Positions 58,918 through 64,000 of a stretch of DNA of 64,000 bases are shown piece by piece. Every line of letters begins with the position of its first letter. The stretch's first letter is position 1. Made by a program: the position numbers and the translations under genes. This DNA comes from an uncultured Chitinophagales bacterium (GTDB taxonomy: Bacteria > Bacteroidota > Bacteroidia > Chitinophagales > BACL12): NCBI GenBank assembly GCA_964463165.1, contig CAYXBK010000019.1, forward strand, positions 20,914 through 84,913, in the 5' to 3' direction. The notes under the pieces were generated by a model, which saw nothing but the letters and a program-made list of their open reading frames with translations, was not told the DNA's origin and searched no databases.

Positions 58918-59023
58918 ACGTTTTTCCGTATAGTAAATACCAAAATAAAATTAGGAGAACAGCTAAGGCAACGGAGTGACGCCGGTCAATACCGGAAATG
59001 ATTTTAATGAAAAGTTCAGGGCA

Positions 59024-59054
59024 AAAAAAATCCCGGTAACAATGCCGGGATTTT
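59024..59054 (-). terminator. Rho-independent terminator of recA
   Basis: AAAATCCCGG-loop-CCGGGATTTT hairpin, followed on the minus strand by T8. Confidence 0.75.
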
Positions 59055-59073
59055 ATCAATGCATAAAATTGTT

Positions 59074-60105
59074 TTATTCCGATTTATCCTTCCCGTTCTT
59101 TGCAGGCTGCACAATTGCGAATTTCTCTTTGATCTTCTTTTCAATTTCAGCGGCGAGTTCAGGATTGTCTTTTAATAATTCTTTCACTCCATCTCTTCCC
59201 TGGCCGAGTTTGGTTCCTTCGTAACTGTACCACGAACCGCTTTTTTGAATCACGCCGCATTCAGCACCGAGGTCGACGATCTCACCGATTTTAGAGATTC
59301 CTTCTCCATAAATAATATCGAATTCTGCCTGGCGGAAAGGAGGTGCCACTTTATTTTTCACCACTTTCACTTTCACGCGGTTTCCGACGATATCATCTTT
59401 TTCTTTCAGCTGTCCGATACGACGGATATCGATCCGGATGGATGCATAAAATTTCAATGCGTTACCGCCGGTGGTTGTTTCGGGATTGCCGAACATTACA
59501 CCGATCTTTTCACGCAACTGGTTGATAAAAATGCAGCAGGATCCGGTTTTGCTGATCGTGCCTGTCAGTTTTCTGAGTGCCTGGCTCATGAGCCTTGCCT
59601 GTAAACCCATTTTGCTTTCACCCATTTCGCCTTCGAGTTCGCCTTTCGGAACGAGTGCGGCAACCGAGTCGATCACCACAACATCCAAAGCACCTGATCG
59701 GATCAGATGATCTGCAATTTCCAGTCCCTGTTCACCGTAATCGGGCTGGGAGATGAGAAGATTTTCAACATCCACACCTAATTTTTCTGCATATACTTTG
59801 TCGAATGCATGTTCTGCATCGATGATTGCGCATATGCCGCCTTTTTTCTGTGCTTCGGCAATGATATGAATTGCAAGTGTTGTTTTACCGGAAGCTTCCG
59901 GGCCGTAAATTTCAATGATCCTTCCGCGGGGAATTCCGCCGATACCCAATGCGAGGTCAACGCCTATTGATCCGCTTGGAATTACTTCTTCCGAAACCTG
60001 CGGTGAATCACCGAGTTTCATGATCGTTCCCTTGCCGTACATTTTGTTGAGACTGTCAACAGCAAGGCCCAATGCTTTTACTTTGTCTGTATTTGTTTCT
60101 GCCAT
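59074..60105 (-). CDS. recA: Recombinase RecA
   Basis: Walker [10 protein letters not shown], and the [14 protein letters not shown] and [15 protein letters not shown] blocks. Confidence 0.95.
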   Translation of the reverse strand: MAETNTDKVKALGLAVDSLNKMYGKGTIMKLGDSPQVSEEVIPSGSIGVDLALGIGGIPRGRIIEIYGPEASGKTTLAIHIIAEAQKKGGICAIIDAEHAFDKVYAEKLGVDVENLLISQPDYGEQGLEIADHLIRSGALDVVVIDSVAALVPKGELEGEMGESKMGLQARLMSQALRKLTGTISKTGSCCIFINQLREKIGVMFGNPETTTGGNALKFYASIRIDIRRIGQLKEKDDIVGNRVKVKVVKNKVAPPFRQAEFDIIYGEGISKIGEIVDLGAECGVIQKSGSWYSYEGTKLGQGRDGVKELLKDNPELAAEIEKKIKEKFAIVQPAKNGKDKSE

Positions 60106-60443
60106 AAAAATTGAGATTACAGGGTTAAATTATTTGTTGCTAAGCTAAGGATTAATTGAGCAATTATCCGTTTATGAAGTGTTTCTTTTTAAACAGATTT
60201 TAAACAGTAGAATATGGTTTTACGCAGAGGGTGCTGAAGAGCAAAGGGCGTTGAGAAAAATGCTCGTAAGGTATATTGACGTCCCACTTCTACTTTTTCT
60301 TCCGCATCTAGAATTGGGATGTCTATGTACTGTTACAATAAAAAATTTCAACAACATTGCAGAGATATTCAAATGTTTAAAAATGTTAAAACTCTTTCTT
60401 CCAAAACAATTCCGTTTATCTTAGCCCGTCAAACTCACTTTAC

Positions 60444-62273
60444 ATGAAGAAAATAATTGTTATCCTGACAGCCATTCCGGTTTTTTTAATGGCTTGTAAA
60501 AGCGGTGAAAAAACCGCAGATAATTCTGCAATTCAGGCTGCAGCACAAAAATATCTCGACAGCTATAATGCCGATTATCAAAAATATGTAACAGATGCTT
60601 CGGAAGGACAATGGATATTAAACACGCATATTGTTGAAGGCGATACGATGGCTTCACACAATGCGGCAATTTCTGATGAGGCGTTTGCAAAATTTACGGG
60701 CAGCCTTTCGGTGATCGACAGTGCGAAAAAATATCTTGCAATAAAAGATAAACTGACAGCTCTGCAGGTAAAACAATTTGAAGTGATTTTATTTAATGCG
60801 GGCAATAATCCTGAAAGTGCAGGTGATGTTGTGAAGAAAAGAATTGATGCAACAAATCATCAAACCGAAATGCTGTTTGGATTTAAATATATGCTGAACG
60901 GCAAACAGGTTTCTACAAATGATATTGATGGCATATTGCGTGAATCAGTAAATATGAAGGAACGCACTGCAGCGTGGAATACAAGTAAAGAAGTCGGCAA
61001 AACATTAAAAGACGGCCTTGCAAATCTGCAGCAATTGCGCAATTCAAGTGTAACCCCTCTCGGTTATTCTGATTTCTTTTCATACATGGTGAGTGAATAT
61101 GGAATGACCACTGATCAAATGCTCGAATTAACGCATAGTATGATCAGCGACGTCTGGCCTTTATATCGTGAATTGCATACATGGGCTCGTTATGAATTAG
61201 CAGCAAAATATAATCAGCCGGTTCCTGAATATTTACCTGCCGACTGGTTGCCAAACAGATGGGGACAGGATTGGACGGCGATGATAAATGTGGAAGGAAC
61301 TAATATCGATGATGAATTAAAAAAACATGATCCGGAATGGATCGTGAAACAAGGTGAAGCATTTTGGATGAGTATGGGATTTCAGCAATTACCACAAACA
61401 TTCTGGGAAAAATCATCTTTATATCCTGCACCAAAAGATGCGGATTATTCAAAAAATAATCATGCAAGTGCATGGCATATTAATTTAGATCAGGATGTGC
61501 GTTCGCTCATGAGTGTTGAACCAAATACGGAATGGTGGAGCACGGTTCTGCATGAACTCGGACATATTTATTATTATCTCCAGTATTCAAATCCGGATGT
61601 GCCGATGGTATTGCGCACCGGCGCAAACCGTGCTTATCACGAAGGATTTGGAACATTAATGGGATTGGCAAGTTTGCAAAAACCATTGCTTGAATCACAG
61701 GAATTATTACCTGCAGGAACAGTAACAAACGATACATTAAAATTATTGAGCGAAGCACTGGATTATATCGTGCATATTCCATGGGGTTCGGGTGTGATGA
61801 CAGAGTTCGAATATAATTTATATGCAAAGAATTTACCTGAATCGCAATACAATCAAATGTGGTGGGATCTTGTAAAAAAATATCAGGGAATTGTTCCGCC
61901 GGCCGACAGAAATGATGCAGACGGATATTGTGATGCTGCAACGAAAACACATATTAACGACGATCCGGCAGGATATTATGATTATTCGATCAGCAATGTA
62001 TTTTTATTTCAGGTGCATACGTATATCGCCGAAAATATTTTACATCAGGATCCGCATGCAACAAATTACTGGGGAAATAAAGGTGTCGGCGATTTCTTAA
62101 AACCGATCATGGCAAAAGGTGAAACAGAAGACTGGCGGGAATTAATGAAAGAAAGTTTCGGCAGCGATTTGAGTGCAAAACCGATGGTTGATTATTTCGA
62201 GCCGCTGATGGCATATCTGAAAAAAGTAAATGCCGGAAGGACATATACTTTGCCGGAAAAACCTGTGTTTTAA
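60444..62273 (+). CDS. M2 family (angiotensin-converting-enzyme-like) zinc peptidyl-dipeptidase, lipoprotein
   Basis: Lipobox FLMAC; HELGHIYY (HExxH) with a downstream AYHEGFG third-ligand motif. Confidence 0.75.
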   Translation: MKKIIVILTAIPVFLMACKSGEKTADNSAIQAAAQKYLDSYNADYQKYVTDASEGQWILNTHIVEGDTMASHNAAISDEAFAKFTGSLSVIDSAKKYLAIKDKLTALQVKQFEVILFNAGNNPESAGDVVKKRIDATNHQTEMLFGFKYMLNGKQVSTNDIDGILRESVNMKERTAAWNTSKEVGKTLKDGLANLQQLRNSSVTPLGYSDFFSYMVSEYGMTTDQMLELTHSMISDVWPLYRELHTWARYELAAKYNQPVPEYLPADWLPNRWGQDWTAMINVEGTNIDDELKKHDPEWIVKQGEAFWMSMGFQQLPQTFWEKSSLYPAPKDADYSKNNHASAWHINLDQDVRSLMSVEPNTEWWSTVLHELGHIYYYLQYSNPDVPMVLRTGANRAYHEGFGTLMGLASLQKPLLESQELLPAGTVTNDTLKLLSEALDYIVHIPWGSGVMTEFEYNLYAKNLPESQYNQMWWDLVKKYQGIVPPADRNDADGYCDAATKTHINDDPAGYYDYSISNVFLFQVHTYIAENILHQDPHATNYWGNKGVGDFLKPIMAKGETEDWRELMKESFGSDLSAKPMVDYFEPLMAYLKKVNAGRTYTLPEKPVF

Positions 62274-62379
62274 TTTAATAGTATTGCCCACAAACCTGCC
62301 CGCCGACGCCATGCCAAGTGCTGCGGCAGGCGGGGGCACAAAGAATTATTGCTTGGTGTTTTTGTGGGCATTTTAAATT

Positions 62380-62761
62380 TTATAATTCCCCATTAATCTT
62401 TCTGTGCATGCCATCTCTGATAAACTCCACATTAAAATTCACTAATAGACCCAATTTAATTCCTGTCAATTTAAGATAAGTCAATGTGATTTTGTGATGA
62501 ACCCGTTCAATTTTTTTCAACAGATTTGAGTTCTACAAGTAATTTATTTTCAATAATAATATCAGATCGAAATCCTAATCCTAAATTTTCTGCTTTATAA
62601 AACACCGGTATGCCTTGCTGAGAAGTAAATCTTAAATCTTCTTTTTTCAACTCATGTTTAAATGCCGCTTCATAAACACTTTCTAATAAACCAGGACCAA
62701 GTTGTTTGTGGATTGTATAGCAGATGTCTACTGCAATTGTAGCTAATTCATTTTCATCCAT
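62380..62761 (-). pseudogene. GxxExxY family (PD-(D/E)XK-like) gene interrupted by a frameshift in an A7 run
   Basis: The track ORF ends ...LVELKSVEKN* at 62507. Removing one A from the A7 run (plus-strand T7 at 62511-62517) continues as VEKIERVHHKITLTYLKLTGIKLGLLVNFNVEFIRDGMHRKINGEL*, the canonical family C-terminus. GPGLLESVYE carries the GxxExxY motif. Confidence 0.7.
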
Positions 62762-62891
62762 TGATCAATATTTAAGGGGTTATAAAATAATCACTCAAAC
62801 ATAAAAAAATTTATTCTTTATGTGATTAAATGAAATACTTATTTTGGGTTGCCGCAAATCTTAAATTACTTTGTGCCTTTGTGGGCTATAT

Positions 62892-64000
62892 TTATTTCTC
62901 AGCCACCGCATTCATTTCTTTGAATGCTTCCAACCCGCATTGGAGAAAAGATGCATATTCATCCGCATCGGGCGTATACGCTTTCGGGTGATTTAATACA
63001 TTTCCGTTTGGAGCAACCAATGCATAATACGGTTGTGAATTTGTCCCGAACTGACTGCTTTGAAAATCGCTCCATTTATTTCCGATTGTGCGCACTTTTG
63101 AACCTGAGTATGCAGAAATATATTGATCCTCCAGGCGCAAACTTTCTTTATCATCCACATATAAACTCACAAGCACATATTCTTCACTGATCAATTTATA
63201 AACAAGATCTTTCGGCCAGACATTTTCTTCCATCTTTCTGCAATTCACACAGGCATAACCGGTGAAATCTATTAAGATGGGTTTGTTTACTTCATGCGCA
63301 TATTGAATTGCCTCATCCAGATCATGAAAGCAATTTAATCCGAGCGGACAATCATTTTCACGTTCGTAAATACTATACCATTTCGGCGGTAAAAATCCAC
63401 TGAGCATCGGCACTGTTCCGTTTCTGGTTAAACCCTGCGCAAAATAAACTGTTGTGATCAGAAAGAATAAAGCGAATGTGCTGCGTGGAATTGTAAGCTT
63501 TACTTTTTTATCATCATGCGGTAATCGGATTATTCCGGCAACATATAAAAATGTAAGAAATGCAAACACGGTCCAGAACCCGAGGAATATTTCATATTTC
63601 AAAAATTCCCAGTGATAAGCCAAATCCACATTGCTTAAAAATTTCAATGAAAAAGCAAGTTCAATAAATGCAAAAATAATTTTCACCTCATTTAACCAGC
63701 CGCCGCTTTTCGGCATTTTATTTAATAGCTGCGGAAATAATGCAAGAATTGTAAATGCCAGTGCAAAGGCAACACCAAAGCCAACCATACCTGCACTCAA
63801 TGCGGCGCCACCGCCTTTTAAACTGTTTGCAAGCAGCGATCCGAGAATGGGGCCTGTGCAACTGAAACTCACAATGCATAATGTGAGTGCCATAAAAAAT
63901 ATACCGAGTAACCCGCCGACATTACTTGCATTGTCTGCTTTATTTGCCCATTTCGAAGGAAGGCGGATTTCAAATAATCCGAATAATGAAAGTGCGAATA
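62892..64000 (-). CDS. dsbD: DsbD-family protein-disulfide reductase (CcdA-like TM domain + C-terminal thioredoxin domain), N-terminus outside the window
   Basis: SFSCTGPILG TM Cys motif and a C-terminal thioredoxin domain with YACVNC. The frame stays open upstream of the track ATG to the window edge. Confidence 0.8.
   Translation of the reverse strand, partial: FALSLFGLFEIRLPSKWANKADNASNVGGLLGIFFMALTLCIVSFSCTGPILGSLLANSLKGGGAALSAGMVGFGVAFALAFTILALFPQLLNKMPKSGGWLNEVKIIFAFIELAFSLKFLSNVDLAYHWEFLKYEIFLGFWTVFAFLTFLYVAGIIRLPHDDKKVKLTIPRSTFALFFLITTVYFAQGLTRNGTVPMLSGFLPPKWYSIYERENDCPLGLNCFHDLDEAIQYAHEVNKPILIDFTGYACVNCRKMEENVWPKDLVYKLISEEYVLVSLYVDDKESLRLEDQYISAYSGSKVRTIGNKWSDFQSSQFGTNSQPYYALVAPNGNVLNHPKAYTPDADEYASFLQCGLEAFKEMNAVAEK

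Noticed and set aside
60179-60424. 81-aa ORF in the 338-nt recA / M2-peptidase intergenic region, and the possibility of an sRNA there.
   Set aside because: The ORF has a non-ATG start, no motifs and odd composition. I could not identify a convincing promoter-plus-terminator pair for an sRNA. The region remains unexplained but unsupported.

Overview
The window reads as a chromosomal segment of a Bacteroidota bacterium. Supporting signs are seven secreted proteins with type IX secretion (T9SS) C-terminal sorting domains, a PorP/SprF gene, TAnnTTTG -7 promoter boxes, an atpBEFHAG operon lacking atpDC, and a GxxExxY gene. It is densely coding, with about 55 supported CDS and no rRNA, tRNA, CRISPR, transposase or integrase detected. 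Housekeeping genes include glyQS, rlmN, recA, scpB, rluB, an ABC-F ATPase, a NifU-type protein and F-ATPase subunits. Accessory content includes an arsenosugar-type cluster (arsS, DUF2064 transferase, Pit transporter, arsM) and a separate arsR-arsM pair. A five-gene same-strand block encodes an FAD oxidoreductase, a membrane polyferredoxin, two GT2 enzymes and a GT-C-like protein. Two observations stand out. First, a tandemly duplicated two-gene module sits directly behind rlmN: a 4-Cys mini-lipoprotein plus a 303-aa MauE/DoxX-like membrane protein with a thioredoxin-like CxxC domain. Second, a dispersed family of heptanucleotide tandem arrays (words TCCTGAC/GTCAGGA, ATACTAG, TTGATAC, GGCAGTC, GGCTGCT, GTGAGTG) occupies at least nine mostly intergenic sites, including three junctions inside the ATP synthase operon. 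A GxxExxY gene is frameshifted at an A7 run and flanked by CACAAAG-type repeats. All functional calls come from motif recognition by eye; no database search was possible.
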